Shown piece after piece: positions 1 to 9,065 of a stretch of 37,145 bases of DNA. Numbering within the stretch: the stretch's first letter is position 1; the number at the start of each line of letters is the position of its first letter. Source of the DNA: an uncultured Myxococcales bacterium. GTDB lineage: Bacteria; Myxococcota; UBA4151. The DNA lies in assembly GCA_964013405.1 (NCBI GenBank), contig CAXGWI010000022.1, forward strand, positions 1-37,145. Direction: 5' to 3'. Under the pieces are notes generated by a model. It worked only from the letters and a program-made list of their open reading frames with translations. It was not told the DNA's origin and searched no databases. Both the position numbers and the translations under genes were made by a program.

Positions 1-403
1 CCAGGGCTTCGAGGCGATCTTTAGCCACTGAGCCCAGATTCCGCTTCGCCTCCAGTTTGGCGAGGGTTTCTAGGAGGTCTCGAGCCTTTTGATTGATGAG
101 GAAGCGTCTGACTTCCGGTTCTGGCTTCGGCTCCGGTTCGGCCGCCGGGCCCCCATCTGTCTGGGGCGCAGCCTTGCGGGGAAGTCGCTGCCGTGTGGTC
201 TCGGCCCAATCTCCATCCACATCGACGGTGAGCCGTTGCCGCTCAAAGCGAAGTCCTCTCAACTCGCCGGTGGCGGACCAGAGTTCGATGGCCTCACTGG
301 CTTCGCTCTTTTGGGGGGGTTCAGGCTGATGATAACTCCACCAGGCGAGGCCGGCCGAGGCAATGAGGAGCAGTCCATAGAATTCGGTTTCACGGAGTTT
401 CAT
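1..403 (-). CDS. 5' part of an N-terminally anchored exported protein, probably DUF4340 family; runs off the window's left edge
   Basis: Not in the ORF track. The ATG at 403-401 overlaps the upstream stop (ATGA). Translated by hand as MKLRETEFYGLLLIASAGLAWWSYHQPEPPQKSE...KDRLEAL, open to the edge, with one N-terminal TM segment. DUF4340 is inferred from its usual position after GldG-like genes. Confidence 0.65.
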   Translation of the reverse strand, partial: MKLRETEFYGLLLIASAGLAWWSYHQPEPPQKSEASEAIELWSATGELRGLRFERQRLTVDVDGDWAETTRQRLPRKAAPQTDGGPAAEPEPKPEPEVRRFLINQKARDLLETLAKLEAKRNLGSVAKDRLEAL

Positions 404-2205
404 GACCGTCGTCTCCGGCGCAGGTAGGCGAAGCCACCGGCGAGCACCAGCAAGGGCAGACCAAAGACCGTGCCATGGAAGATGAGGGCATCTTCACTGC
501 GGCTGTGCTGGACGGGTAGGTCTTCCACTTGATCGGTGGTGCCACTGAAACTTTCTTCGTCGGCCAGCCAGTTCAGGCCGTCGATCAGGAGGTATCGGTT
601 CCCCAGTGCACCCATCTGCTCATCGGCAAAGAGGTCGGCATCGCCGTAGACCAGCGCCTTGCCATCTCGGTCCTCCCGTTCATGGACCACCGCGGCCCCC
701 AGTTGGTGCACTTGACCTTTCTCTTCGGCTTTTTGCTGAACGCCGTCGCCGTTCGCGTCGGCCCAAGTGTCGGGCATGGACCGCAGGGTGAAGCTCACTT
801 TGACCTCTTTCGCCGGTGCTCCTTTGTGCAGCGGACCGGCGCCTCCGAGGATCACCCCCATGGGACGCTGTCCTCGGGCCAGGGTGCTGACGGCCGGATG
901 GGAGGCGAACGAGCCCGTGACGATCAGGCTGCGATCGCTGGCGTCCCGACGCCGGGCCAGGTGGAGCTTGTCGTGCATGAGGAGATGGGGGTCGTGCCTC
1001 AGGCCCAAAGCTTTCTGAAGAGGTGCCGGGAGCGGTTGTCCCTCCGGTTGCAGACCCATGAGTAAGCGCCCACCTCCAGCGAAGTAGCTGGCTAAGCTAT
1101 TGCCCTCGGCTTCGCTCAGGCCTTCAAGGGGCCCAAGGAGGAGGACCAAGCCCGCATCGTCGGGGACCTTCCGGCCAAGTCCGTTTTTGAGACTGAGGTC
1201 TTTCAACTCGTAGCCTAAGCGGCGCAGCACTTCTTGGAGAAAGCGAACCCGTGTCGGGCTGGCTTCCACGCGCTGGTTTACCTCGCCATGACCGGTGACC
1301 AGATAGGCTGTCCGGCCTTGGGCATGCATGAGCTTGTGCAGCTGCTTCTGGAACTCGGCGTCGAGCTTTTTCAGCCGACTGCGGGCGATGTTTTTCTTCG
1401 CACCCACCTGCCACAGGCGACTGGATTTGCCTGTCTTGAGCACGATGCTGCCCTCTTGAACCACTTTGTGTTCTTTCGCCAACTCCGGCTCCAACAGGCG
1501 GTCGTGGAGGCTCACTTTGAGTTTGTCGCCGCCGTCGAGTCCGGCAAAGTAACGCTCGACCTTTTCAAGGACGTCGTTGGCCCGGGGGAAGAACAGCAAC
1601 ACTTCGAGGGGCGCTTCGAGGCGCTTCACCATGGCTTGGCTGGCCGTGCCCGGTTTGGCGCTTCGGTTTTGGGATAGGTCCCAACTGACACTGCGGTAGT
1701 GTGCGCTGACATTGAGGAGCATGATCGCGGCGATGGCCATCACCATGGTGAGAGCCAGACGACGCACCGCTTGAAAGCGTCGGGCAACGACCTGCCCGGC
1801 CAGGGTCATGGGCGCCAAGGCCCGCTCCAGCATGAGGAGCGGCACCAGGCCCAAGGCCAGGACCAGGGGCCAGGCCAAGGCTAGCACGATGCCCAGGTCG
1901 TCCGGCGAGCCAGGGGGGGGCAGGGCTTGGCCGATCAGATCTCGCCCGCCTTCAGTGGAAAGGCCATAAATCAGGAGACCGACCAGGCTCAGCCCATGGA
2001 AACGCAAGAGGGTCCGTTCGGCCGCCCGAAGCTCAGCGACGACGTGCTGCCGCCGGGGAATCCGAAGACCGAAACTAAGGAGCAACAGGCCCACAGCCAC
2101 CCAGACCATGATCTGGGCCCCATCGGTTGCACCAAACATGCGACGAGCAAAGAAGAGGAGCAGACAGCCCAGCACCAGGGCTGGGGTTCCAGCCAAGCGG
2201 TTCAT
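400..2205 (-). CDS. GldG-family ABC transporter auxiliary component (ABC_transp_aux) with multi-TM N-terminus
   Basis: Start reassigned to the ATG at 2205 (MNRLAG), which overlaps the permease stop (ATGA). Motifs WDLS, AYLVTGHGE, VPDDAGLVLLLGP, YFAGGGRLL, LVYGDADLF and NWLA, plus a C-terminal TM followed by RRRRR. Confidence 0.85.
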   Translation of the reverse strand: MNRLAGTPALVLGCLLLFFARRMFGATDGAQIMVWVAVGLLLLSFGLRIPRRQHVVAELRAAERTLLRFHGLSLVGLLIYGLSTEGGRDLIGQALPPPGSPDDLGIVLALAWPLVLALGLVPLLMLERALAPMTLAGQVVARRFQAVRRLALTMVMAIAAIMLLNVSAHYRSVSWDLSQNRSAKPGTASQAMVKRLEAPLEVLLFFPRANDVLEKVERYFAGLDGGDKLKVSLHDRLLEPELAKEHKVVQEGSIVLKTGKSSRLWQVGAKKNIARSRLKKLDAEFQKQLHKLMHAQGRTAYLVTGHGEVNQRVEASPTRVRFLQEVLRRLGYELKDLSLKNGLGRKVPDDAGLVLLLGPLEGLSEAEGNSLASYFAGGGRLLMGLQPEGQPLPAPLQKALGLRHDPHLLMHDKLHLARRRDASDRSLIVTGSFASHPAVSTLARGQRPMGVILGGAGPLHKGAPAKEVKVSFTLRSMPDTWADANGDGVQQKAEEKGQVHQLGAAVVHEREDRDGKALVYGDADLFADEQMGALGNRYLLIDGLNWLADEESFSGTTDQVEDLPVQHSRSEDALIFHGTVFGLPLLVLAGGFAYLRRRRRS

Positions 2206-2918
2206 CGCCACCTCCGCATCCGCTGTACACCACTGGCGATCAGCAAGCAGACCCAGGTGACGCTGAGGTAATAGGCCACATCCGGTGTTCGAACTTCCCC
2301 TTCCATGAAGGCGGTGAAGTGCTTGTCGAAGAAACTCAGGTGACTGAGAAGGTCGCTGATGGGGGGTTCGGTCACCCGGGCCAGTAGCCAACACAGCAGC
2401 AGGCTGACGAGAATCGCAGCCCCGAGGATGGCAGCCACCACCTGATTGTCAGCCACCGCACTGGCGAGGGTGCCGATGGCGACCGAAGCGGCGGCGATGA
2501 GCAACAGGCCAGTGTAGCCGGCAACGAGATGACCTGGACCTAGTTGGCCGTGGAGATCCACCAGCAGCAGCATGGGCAGCGTGGCGAGGGTGATGAGGGC
2601 CAAATAGACGAACGCAGCGAAGAACTTGCCGAGAATGACGGCCCAATCAGAGAGCGGGGCAGTGCGTAGGAGGACCTGGGTGCCCACCTGCAGCTCTTCG
2701 GCGAAGAGTCGCATCGACAAGAGCAAGCCAGCGATCATCGTGGTGCCGCTCGAAAAGTAGAAGAAGTCGTGGACCACTTCACTGGACAAGCGCTTGCCGC
2801 TACCGACGGCAAAACCATTAAAGAGCAAGCCATCGATGAAGAGGACTGCCGCTGCGATGACCCAGCCCATGGGGGAGCGGAAATAACCCCGCAGCTCTCG
2901 GCCGAAAACAGTGATCAT
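2202..2918 (-). CDS. ABC-2 type permease, GldF-like
   Basis: RELRGYFRSPMGW N-terminus, SMRLFAEE..GT..LLRTAP, LGKFFA, about 6 TM helices. Coupled to the ATPase gene. Confidence 0.9.
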   Translation of the reverse strand: MITVFGRELRGYFRSPMGWVIAAAVLFIDGLLFNGFAVGSGKRLSSEVVHDFFYFSSGTTMIAGLLLSMRLFAEELQVGTQVLLRTAPLSDWAVILGKFFAAFVYLALITLATLPMLLLVDLHGQLGPGHLVAGYTGLLLIAAASVAIGTLASAVADNQVVAAILGAAILVSLLLCWLLARVTEPPISDLLSHLSFFDKHFTAFMEGEVRTPDVAYYLSVTWVCLLIASGVQRMRRWR

Positions 2919-3868
2919 GCCTCAGCCTCCGTCTCGACGTCTTCTGGGGTGGCGGCTTCCGTTTCAGGATTCTGTGCGATGGCCATGAACAGGCTCTCGA
3001 GGCCTCCGGTGGCCACGTGCAGACGACTCAGACCCAGACCGGCGTCGATCACCGTCTTCGCCAGGATTTGGGCTTCCGTCGCGCTCCGCAGGCGGAGGTC
3101 GAACGTGCTGCCGCTTGCCGTTTCGATGTGCAGGTCGCCCAGGGCTTCCAATGCGTTGCGGATCTGCCCTTCTTCACCGTGGACGGTCAGGTCGTAGGCG
3201 ACTTCGTTGCTCAAACGGCTCTGGAGGCTTGTCTCGCTCTCTTGGGCGACGATCTCACCTTCTTTCAGCACCAGGAGTTGATCACAGGTCTGGGAAATCT
3301 CGCTGAGAAAGTGGCTGGACAACAGGACACTGTGATCTTGGGCCAGGGTTCGAATCAACTTCCGCATTTCAACGATTTGGATCGGGTCGAGGCCGCTGAT
3401 GGGTTCATCCAGAATCACCAAAGCGGGCCGGTGGATGATGGCCGAGGCGATACCCAGGCGCTTCCGGTAACCGTGGCTCAGGTTCACGATGGGCTCATCG
3501 ATATAGGTGGCCAAGTCGACTTGCTCACAGACCTCAAGGACCCTTGTGCCGCCGATGCTGCCACGCAGTCGGGCGAGGTAGTCTAGGTACTCCCGAACGC
3601 TCAAGTCGGGATACAGGGGTACCCGGTCTGGCAGAAAGCCCACCTGCCGCCGATAGGCTTTTGGAGCATCCACGAGATCATGCTCGAGGACGCGCACCAG
3701 CCCGGCCGAAGGTTCGAGATCGCCAGCGAGCATGCGAAGAATTGTTGTTTTACCGCTGCCGTTGAGCCCAAGCAGGCCAATCACTTGACCTCGCTCAAGG
3801 GCGAAACTGACGTCCCGAACGGCACAGCGCTGACCATAGAACTTTGTTAAGCCCTGAACTTGGATCAT
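2915..3868 (-). CDS. ABC transporter ATP-binding protein, GldA-like
   Basis: Walker A GLNGSGKTT, signature LSHGYRKR, Walker B ILDEP, H-loop SSH. Confidence 0.95.
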   Translation of the reverse strand: MIQVQGLTKFYGQRCAVRDVSFALERGQVIGLLGLNGSGKTTILRMLAGDLEPSAGLVRVLEHDLVDAPKAYRRQVGFLPDRVPLYPDLSVREYLDYLARLRGSIGGTRVLEVCEQVDLATYIDEPIVNLSHGYRKRLGIASAIIHRPALVILDEPISGLDPIQIVEMRKLIRTLAQDHSVLLSSHFLSEISQTCDQLLVLKEGEIVAQESETSLQSRLSNEVAYDLTVHGEEGQIRNALEALGDLHIETASGSTFDLRLRSATEAQILAKTVIDAGLGLSRLHVATGGLESLFMAIAQNPETEAATPEDVETEAEA

Positions 3869-3902
3869 CGTGACCGTCTCCGCGAAGCGGAGGCAGATGG
3901 AC

Positions 3903-5336
3903 CTAGCTGGGCTCTTCGGTCAAGCCGGAATCACGCGGGACGTCGTTTGGGGCCGAGTTCGGAGGCGACACAGAGGCCTCCGACGGGGCTTCGATGCCCG
4001 GGGGTCTAGCAGCCTGGGGCGCCGCCGCCATCGGTTCACCGGCCGGTGGGGTGGCAGGCGCTGGCACCACCGTCCCCGGCTCAATGGCCGGCTGGACGGG
4101 GGCTGTCGTGCGAGCATCCTCCGCTTCAGCCTCCATCCGCTTCATAGCGACAGGAAAGCCCGCAGCGAACACGAGGATGGTGGCGAAGACGCACGCAAAG
4201 ATGATGATCGGCAATTCCTGGGTCCCAGGGATCTTTGCCTGCCAGGGTACAAGGGCCAGGACACCCGCCGCCATGCCTCGGGGCATCGAGACCGTCATCA
4301 ATGCTCGTTTACCCGGGGTCCATTCCTCCCCCCGGCAGGCGATCTTGATCACCGGGATCCGAATGGCGACCAAGCCCGCGGCCAACACGACGCCGAGGAT
4401 AATGAGGCTCCAGGGGGGGTAGAGGAGCAGGCCGATAAAGGCGAAGAAGAAGGACTTCACCATGAAGGCGACCACTTCGTGGAAGCGCTCGACCTCCCAA
4501 TCAAGGCCGGCGCCCTCGGGCAAGCGCAGGCGCTTCGCCAGCAAGGGGGCGTTGCCGAGGGTCACGGCCGCGGCCAACACGCCCAGAGCAGCGCTGCCAC
4601 CCATGCGTTCCGTGATCACATAAAGGACCATGAGGCTGGCGAGCGTCATCGGATAACGGTGGCGAGTGGTATCCCAGAGCCGACCAAGGACCAACCACAT
4701 CACGCCGCCAACCACACCGAGTCCAAGGCCCATCCCGAAGCTGGCGACGAGGCTTGTGAGCACTTCACCTCGGTCGATGGCCTGACTGCCTTGAAGGCCC
4801 ACGAGGGTCATGGCGCCCACCACGCAAAAGACATCGGTCAGCGCGCTTTCGAGTTTGACGGTGTTGGCCAGATCCTCATCCACATCGCTCTGGTCGATCG
4901 CCGGCATGATGACCACCGAGGACGCACCACCGACGATGGCACCGGTAATGAGGGCTTGAATCCAGCCCCACTCGGGCAAGTAACCGAGTTTGTGAGCGAC
5001 CATGGTGAGCAGGGCGGTGACGGTGACTGCCCCGATGAAGCCGACCACAGCGATCAGGCCCGAGCGTGGCGCCGCCTTCACCAACTGGGTGATGTTGAGT
5101 TTAATCCCACCGTCAAAGAGGACCACGACCAGCGTGATCGCCCCGAAAAATGGTGCGATCTCCGTGATGAATGCCCGGGGAACCAGTCCGGTGACCGGGC
5201 CCATAAAGACACCCATCACCATCAACCAGATGACATCGGGAATCTTCGTCCGCTTAAAGATGAGCTCGCCGATGACACCCATGAGGAAGATGGCGGCGAC
5301 GCCCAGGAGGAAAGCCTGTGGTGGTTGGAAGTCCAT
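3903..5336 (-). CDS. Cation:proton antiporter, CPA1/NhaP type, with Pro/Ala-rich C-terminal tail
   Basis: About 12 hydrophobic segments. Motifs IPDV, VLFDGG, LESALTD, FFFAFIG and PRGMAAGVLA. Confidence 0.88.
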   Translation of the reverse strand: MDFQPPQAFLLGVAAIFLMGVIGELIFKRTKIPDVIWLMVMGVFMGPVTGLVPRAFITEIAPFFGAITLVVVLFDGGIKLNITQLVKAAPRSGLIAVVGFIGAVTVTALLTMVAHKLGYLPEWGWIQALITGAIVGGASSVVIMPAIDQSDVDEDLANTVKLESALTDVFCVVGAMTLVGLQGSQAIDRGEVLTSLVASFGMGLGLGVVGGVMWLVLGRLWDTTRHRYPMTLASLMVLYVITERMGGSAALGVLAAAVTLGNAPLLAKRLRLPEGAGLDWEVERFHEVVAFMVKSFFFAFIGLLLYPPWSLIILGVVLAAGLVAIRIPVIKIACRGEEWTPGKRALMTVSMPRGMAAGVLALVPWQAKIPGTQELPIIIFACVFATILVFAAGFPVAMKRMEAEAEDARTTAPVQPAIEPGTVVPAPATPPAGEPMAAAPQAARPPGIEAPSEASVSPPNSAPNDVPRDSGLTEEPS

Positions 5337-5413
5337 GGGGGCAAGCTAGGGGAAATCGCTCCAGTCGCCTAGCCCGGCCTTGATTCGCTGCCCTCATCGG
5401 GCAAGACCCAGCC

Positions 5414-6397
5414 ATGGAAGCTGTTCACCGTGGTGAGATTCGGGCCTTAAGTATTGCGCCCATGATGGAGCGGACCGACCGCCACTTTCGCGCTTTTTTA
5501 CGCTGCCTGACCCACCAGACCTTACTCTACACCGAGATGGTGCACGGGCGCGCCGTGGTCAGCGGTAACCGGGAAAAATTGTTGGGCTTCGACTCTAGCG
5601 AGCACCCCATCGCCTTACAGCTGGGCGGTGAAGATCCCGACCTGCTCGCCCAAGCGGCGAAAATCGCTGAGGACTGGGGCTATGACGAGGTGAACCTTAA
5701 CGTGGGCTGCCCGAGTGATCGGGTGCAGTCCGGTTGTTTTGGCGCGGCCCTCATGGCGCGCCCAGAGCGGGTCGCCGAAGCCGTCGCGGCCATGCGGCAG
5801 GCCGTCTCAATACCCGTCACGGTCAAGCATCGAATCGGTATCGATGATCTCGATCGCTATGAGGATATGTTGCGCTTTGTCGATATCGTCTCAGGAAGTC
5901 ATTGTGATCGCTTCAGTGTCCATGCCCGCAAAGCGTGGCTCTCTGGTCTCTCGCCGAAAGAAAACCGCAACATCCCCCCGCTGCGCTACGAGGAGGTGTA
6001 TCGCTTAAAATCCGAGCGGCCGGAGCAGGTCGTGGAGATCAACGGCGGCATCAAGACCCTCGACCAGGTGGAGGCGCACTTGCAGCGAGTGGATGCGGTC
6101 ATGGTGGGGCGGGGGGCCTACGATAACCCCGGATTCCTTCTCGACGCAGACCGACGTTGCTTCGGGCTCGAAAACCCGAGTCGGGATTTGCGTGAGGCTC
6201 TCCAGGCGTATCGACCCTACATCGCCAAGCATGTGGCGCAGGGGGGCCGGCTTCATGACATCACCCGGCATCTGATGGGTTTATTCGCCGGTCAGCCTGG
6301 AGCCCGTCGTTATCGTCGCTACTTAGGACAGGAAGCGGTTCGTCCAGGGGCGGGGCTTGAGGTTCTCGATACGGCCGTCGGCTTCATCGCCGCCTAA
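5414..6397 (+). CDS. dusA: tRNA-dihydrouridine(20/20a) synthase
   Basis: SIAPMM..TDRHFR, LYTEMV, NLNVGCPSDRVQSG.FGA, VTVKHRIGID, HARKAWL.GLSPKENR.IPPL.Y and INGGI motifs. Confidence 0.95.
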   Translation: MEAVHRGEIRALSIAPMMERTDRHFRAFLRCLTHQTLLYTEMVHGRAVVSGNREKLLGFDSSEHPIALQLGGEDPDLLAQAAKIAEDWGYDEVNLNVGCPSDRVQSGCFGAALMARPERVAEAVAAMRQAVSIPVTVKHRIGIDDLDRYEDMLRFVDIVSGSHCDRFSVHARKAWLSGLSPKENRNIPPLRYEEVYRLKSERPEQVVEINGGIKTLDQVEAHLQRVDAVMVGRGAYDNPGFLLDADRRCFGLENPSRDLREALQAYRPYIAKHVAQGGRLHDITRHLMGLFAGQPGARRYRRYLGQEAVRPGAGLEVLDTAVGFIAA

Positions 6398-7353
6398 GGT
6401 TCCGTGATGTTCTCGGGACAGGCTTTCGGGTTGATCAGCCAGTCCTTGATGGTTTGCGCAAAGACATCTTTGCCCGCAATGGCGCTGGGGCCATCGCTGA
6501 TGCCATGATTGGCGCCTGCAATTCGCCACAGGCAACTGTCGACGCCCTCCCCAAGTTGACTCTGGAGTCTTTCGGAGTGGTCGACCCGGATGAAGGTGTC
6601 GGCTTCGCCGTGAATGAAGAGGACGGGGCTCGTCAGCTCGGGCATCTTGGCAAAGTTGTCGTAGCCGCCGGAGGCTAGAAAACTCACCGGCAGTCCGGTC
6701 CCCGTTGAGTCCTCAGCAAAGAGGCGCAGACCGGGGAATGAGGACTGGAGAATGACCGCTTTACCTGGGTGTTGGCGAGCGACCTCGATGCTGGCGATGC
6801 CCCCAAGGCTCATGCCGAAATGTACCACTTGGTCGACGGGTAAGCCCCGGCTGTTGAGCTCACTCACGAGCAGGTCATAGGCAGCCATCGAGTCGGCCAT
6901 AAACAGGCGCTCGTCCGGGGTCGATTGGGTGCTCGATTTGCCGTAGCCGCGGTATTCCCAAATGAAGAGGTTGGCGCCGCTGGGATACACGTCTTCCAAG
7001 AGGTGCAAATAGTGCTCAATCCCACCGTAGTTGCCGTGGGAGAACATGATGGTGACGTTGGCGAGTTCGCCACCGGTCCCGGCGACAAAATAGGCATCGT
7101 TGACCACCGCATCTCCCGTTGCGGGATCGGGGTCTAGTTGCAATTCCAAGCGGGTGACTTCGCCGGTCAGGCCGACTTCGGTGAAGTTGTAATCATCTTC
7201 GCATTTGGCGCAGATCTTATCGATCTCTTCTTCTTTGTCTTCGCAATCGGCAGCGGTGATCGCGCTGCAGTGACGGGGATTGTACTGAACGAAGTCGAGA
7301 TTCACCAAGCAGGCGGACAGGGGCAGGAGCAGGAGAGCAGTAAGTCGCATCAT
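6394..7353 (-). CDS. Alpha/beta hydrolase lipoprotein (ABHD/Bem46-like)
   Basis: Lipobox LSAC. Motifs HGN, EYRGYGKS, nucleophile elbow GMSLGG, IHGEADTFI (Asp) and GANH (His). Confidence 0.88.
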   Translation of the reverse strand: MMRLTALLLLPLSACLVNLDFVQYNPRHCSAITAADCEDKEEEIDKICAKCEDDYNFTEVGLTGEVTRLELQLDPDPATGDAVVNDAYFVAGTGGELANVTIMFSHGNYGGIEHYLHLLEDVYPSGANLFIWEYRGYGKSSTQSTPDERLFMADSMAAYDLLVSELNSRGLPVDQVVHFGMSLGGIASIEVARQHPGKAVILQSSFPGLRLFAEDSTGTGLPVSFLASGGYDNFAKMPELTSPVLFIHGEADTFIRVDHSERLQSQLGEGVDSCLWRIAGANHGISDGPSAIAGKDVFAQTIKDWLINPKACPENITEP

Positions 7354-8009
7354 CGATCTCCAAACCGTCGAGCGAGGGTCAGGCCCACACCGATCGCACC
7401 CCGCTTGCCGGGGGCTGGGTAGGTGAGCACCGCCAGCGTCGTGTCTTCGTAGGGGGCATACCAGCGCAGATGGGGGCCCAACTGCCAGGCGCCGAGCTTA
7501 AAGTCTGCACCAAGGCCTGGGCTGAGCAAGAGGCGGGGCATGAGAAAGTCGATGTTGTTGGTGAGGTTGACGTAATAGAGGTGCTCACCTCGCTTCCAAC
7601 TGGCGTTCAACTCAAGCTCGTTGACGGGCCAAAGGGCTTGGACGCCTTCTTTTCGACCATCGAAATGATTGCTGTACAGGTAGAGCCGGTCGGTCACGCT
7701 CACCGCCGGGCGTTTTCCCTCTTGGCTCAACACACCGTAGGTGGCGCCACCGTGGAGACCGAGCACCCCGATGATGGGGGTGAAGAGGTTGGTGCCCATA
7801 TGGACATCCAGCCTGGGCTTAATGCCCCGTCTGTACTCCAGGTTCATGTTGGGAATGGGGATGGTCAGGCCGCCACTGCTTGGGACTTCAAAGACCGGGC
7901 CACCGAAGCTGAAGCTGACCTGCTGAGTTCCCGGTGGAAGCGGGCGTGCCGTTTGCGCGGTGGTACAGCCGGTGGCGAGCAAAGCGACGAAAGGAAAGAT
8001 ACGAGACAA
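7350..8009 (-). CDS. Hypothetical lipoprotein, beta-strand rich (possible outer-membrane protein)
   Basis: Start reassigned to the TTG at 8009, which has AGGAG 5 nt upstream. This removes the overlap with the divergent gene. Lipobox LATGC, alternating-residue strands, C-terminal GVGLTLARRF. Confidence 0.6.
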   Translation of the reverse strand: MSRIFPFVALLATGCTTAQTARPLPPGTQQVSFSFGGPVFEVPSSGGLTIPIPNMNLEYRRGIKPRLDVHMGTNLFTPIIGVLGLHGGATYGVLSQEGKRPAVSVTDRLYLYSNHFDGRKEGVQALWPVNELELNASWKRGEHLYYVNLTNNIDFLMPRLLLSPGLGADFKLGAWQLGPHLRWYAPYEDTTLAVLTYPAPGKRGAIGVGLTLARRFGDR

Positions 8010-8078
8010 AGCGACTCCTGACAGCGGCGCTATAGACCAAAGCTCGACCCAGACGCCACCCTGCCTTAAAGGCAGCCC

Positions 8079-9065
8079 ATGGCTCGACTTCTTTTCCTCT
8101 TCTTCGTTGCCTGCGCCCATAGCCCTCCGGCTCTGGAGCCTGCTCCGTGCCGAGTCATTCCCGGGCTGCCTGGCCCCGAAGACTTGGTCTATATCGCCCG
8201 GGATCGACGCTGGCTTGGCTCCTTTGCTGAGCGGCGGCCAGGGCAGCTCGCTCCCAGCGGTATCTTTTCACTTCGTGGCGACCAGGTGACGTCGCTGCCG
8301 ATCCGGGCCGCAGCCGAGTGGTTGCCCGTGTCGGTTCATGGGATCGATTGGCTTGAGTCCACCGGTCACCTTTTTGCTGTAGACCACGTGAATCCTCGCA
8401 CACACCGGATCCTCAGAATGGTTCTTGAAGGGGATGTTCTTCGGGTCGATGCGGGGATGACTTCACCCCTGTTGTCCTCAGCTAATGACGTGGTCGCGGT
8501 CGCAGCGGATGAGTTCTATGTCACGGTGGACTTGGGATCATCCGGGACCTTGGGAAGACTTTGGGAGGCCCTGACAGCCCGGCCATGGGGTGGCGTCGTT
8601 CATTATCGCAAAGGCCGCTGGCGGTGGGTAGCGACCGAGATCGCTTTCGCCAATGGGATCGAACTCAGCGCGGACGGGCGGCACTTGTTTGTCGCAGCTT
8701 ATCAGGGAGGTGAGATCATCCGCTACGCCCGGGACCGACAAACGGGGGACCTTAGTCAAAGGACCGTCTACGCACGCATCCCCGGTCATCCCGATAATCT
8801 GACTTGGAGTCGGGACAGTGAGGCCCTTGTGGTGGCGAGTCACGACTCCCTTTGGGATCTGTTTTGGCATCTGCGGGACCCGGCAAACCACGCGAGTGGC
8901 GGCGTTTATCGAGTTCGGGGCCCCGGCCAGGTCGAGCCGGTCTTCTGGGACGATGGGCGTCGGTTAGACGCACCCTCCGTGGCCCTGGAAGCCCCCGGCG
9001 ACCTGTTGCTTGGGCAAGTCTTTGATGGCGAATTGTTGCGCTGCACTCAGCCCGCTGCTGATTAG
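8079..9065 (+). CDS. Paraoxonase/arylesterase-like six-bladed beta-propeller (SMP-30/gluconolactonase/PON family) lipoprotein
   Basis: Lipobox FVAC. Motifs GPEDL, HGI, VDH, NDV, FANGI, PDNL and ASH. Confidence 0.85.
   Translation: MARLLFLFFVACAHSPPALEPAPCRVIPGLPGPEDLVYIARDRRWLGSFAERRPGQLAPSGIFSLRGDQVTSLPIRAAAEWLPVSVHGIDWLESTGHLFAVDHVNPRTHRILRMVLEGDVLRVDAGMTSPLLSSANDVVAVAADEFYVTVDLGSSGTLGRLWEALTARPWGGVVHYRKGRWRWVATEIAFANGIELSADGRHLFVAAYQGGEIIRYARDRQTGDLSQRTVYARIPGHPDNLTWSRDSEALVVASHDSLWDLFWHLRDPANHASGGVYRVRGPGQVEPVFWDDGRRLDAPSVALEAPGDLLLGQVFDGELLRCTQPAAD

Noticed and set aside
3870..5372. 500-aa plus-strand ORF antisense to the antiporter
   Set aside because: Shadow ORF of a high-GC membrane-protein gene. 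It is His/Arg/Asp-rich with no motifs, and the minus strand has the clear family signature.
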